A stretch of DNA of 64,000 nucleotides, taken from Patescibacteria group bacterium. Its GTDB lineage: Bacteria; Patescibacteriota; Minisyncoccia; Phycocordibacterales; CSBR16-119. This document shows, in pieces, positions 63,788-64,000 of this stretch. Both the position numbers and the translations under genes were made by a program. The stretch's first letter is position 1. Each line of letters begins with the position of its first letter. The DNA lies in the NCBI GenBank assembly GCA_052033715.1, contig JBPOJJ010000002.1:94408-158407 (forward strand), read 5' to 3'. The notes beneath the pieces are model-generated. The model saw only the letters and a list, made by a program, of their open reading frames with translations. It made no database searches and had not been told where the DNA came from.

Positions 63788-64000
63788 ATGCCAATTACAG
63801 ATGGAGCAAAAAAGGCCCTTCGAGTCTCTCGCCGCAAGCGCGTTTGGAACGATGCTCGCCGCAAGACTGCCAAAGAATCAATCAAGGCTGTCGCCAAACT
63901 TGTAAAAGACGACAAGAAAGCTGACGCCAAGAAAATGTTGTCCACGGCTTACAAAGCTATCGACAAAGCTGTTAAGCGCGGAGTTATGAACAAAAACGCC
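63788..64000 (+). CDS. rpsT: 30S ribosomal protein S20 (partial, runs off window end)
   Basis: Manual translation MPITDGAKKALRVSRRKRVWNDARRKTAKESIKAVAKLVKDDKKADAKKMLSTAYKAIDKAVKRGVMNKNA, S20-like. Confidence 0.75.
   Translation, partial: MPITDGAKKALRVSRRKRVWNDARRKTAKESIKAVAKLVKDDKKADAKKMLSTAYKAIDKAVKRGVMNKNA

Overview
This 64 kb window is low-GC (about 40-42% by eye) bacterial chromosome. The gene content and reduced protein architectures point to a Patescibacteria/CPR-like or similarly streamlined genome, which is inference only. The supporting observations are a short 243 aa YidC, RNase Y, a 785 aa Pol I with almost no proofreading domain, a ThrRS without the TGS domain, giant FN3/beta-helix surface proteins and the absence of LPS genes.

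The backbone is housekeeping. It includes the origin region (rpmH-rnpA-yidD-yidC-jag on the minus strand facing dnaA-dnaN, with perfect DnaA boxes), thrS, tyrS, polA, tsaE, ruvC/yebC/ruvB/ruvA, mutM, xth, cca, rny, hup, cspA and a pif1-like helicase. It also carries a redox and metal cluster (Bcp peroxiredoxin, ZupT, DUF305, VKOR, DsbA-like, and a DsbB plus thioredoxin pair), pilB, and seven tRNAs (His, Leu, Arg, Gly-GCC, Pro, Gly-TCC, Lys).

The most interesting feature is a mosaic insertion between mutM and ruvA. It carries an N-terminally truncated cas1, a 3-repeat/2-spacer mini CRISPR array and a GC-richer (about 50%) compact TnpB/Cas12-like RuvC nuclease that lacks the usual zinc finger. 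The insertion is bounded by duplicated copies of the mutM 5' end and the ruvA 3' end. This looks like a minimal or decaying type V-like CRISPR module, or a TnpB-derived RNA-guided module.

Other notable observations:
- Scattered GC-rich (about 50-57%) hypothetical genes, mostly encoding secreted proteins.
- A 16-22 bp GC-rich palindrome in three copies, one inserted in-frame in cca.
- Structured GC-rich modules downstream of tRNA-Pro, tRNA-Gly and tRNA-Leu, each ending in a repeat of that tRNA's 3' terminus.
- An RNase HI with a C-terminal rather than N-terminal hybrid-binding domain.
- A candidate roughly 270 nt structured ncRNA with its own promoter and terminator.
- In-frame GAC/GAT-AAC microsatellites in a surface protein gene.
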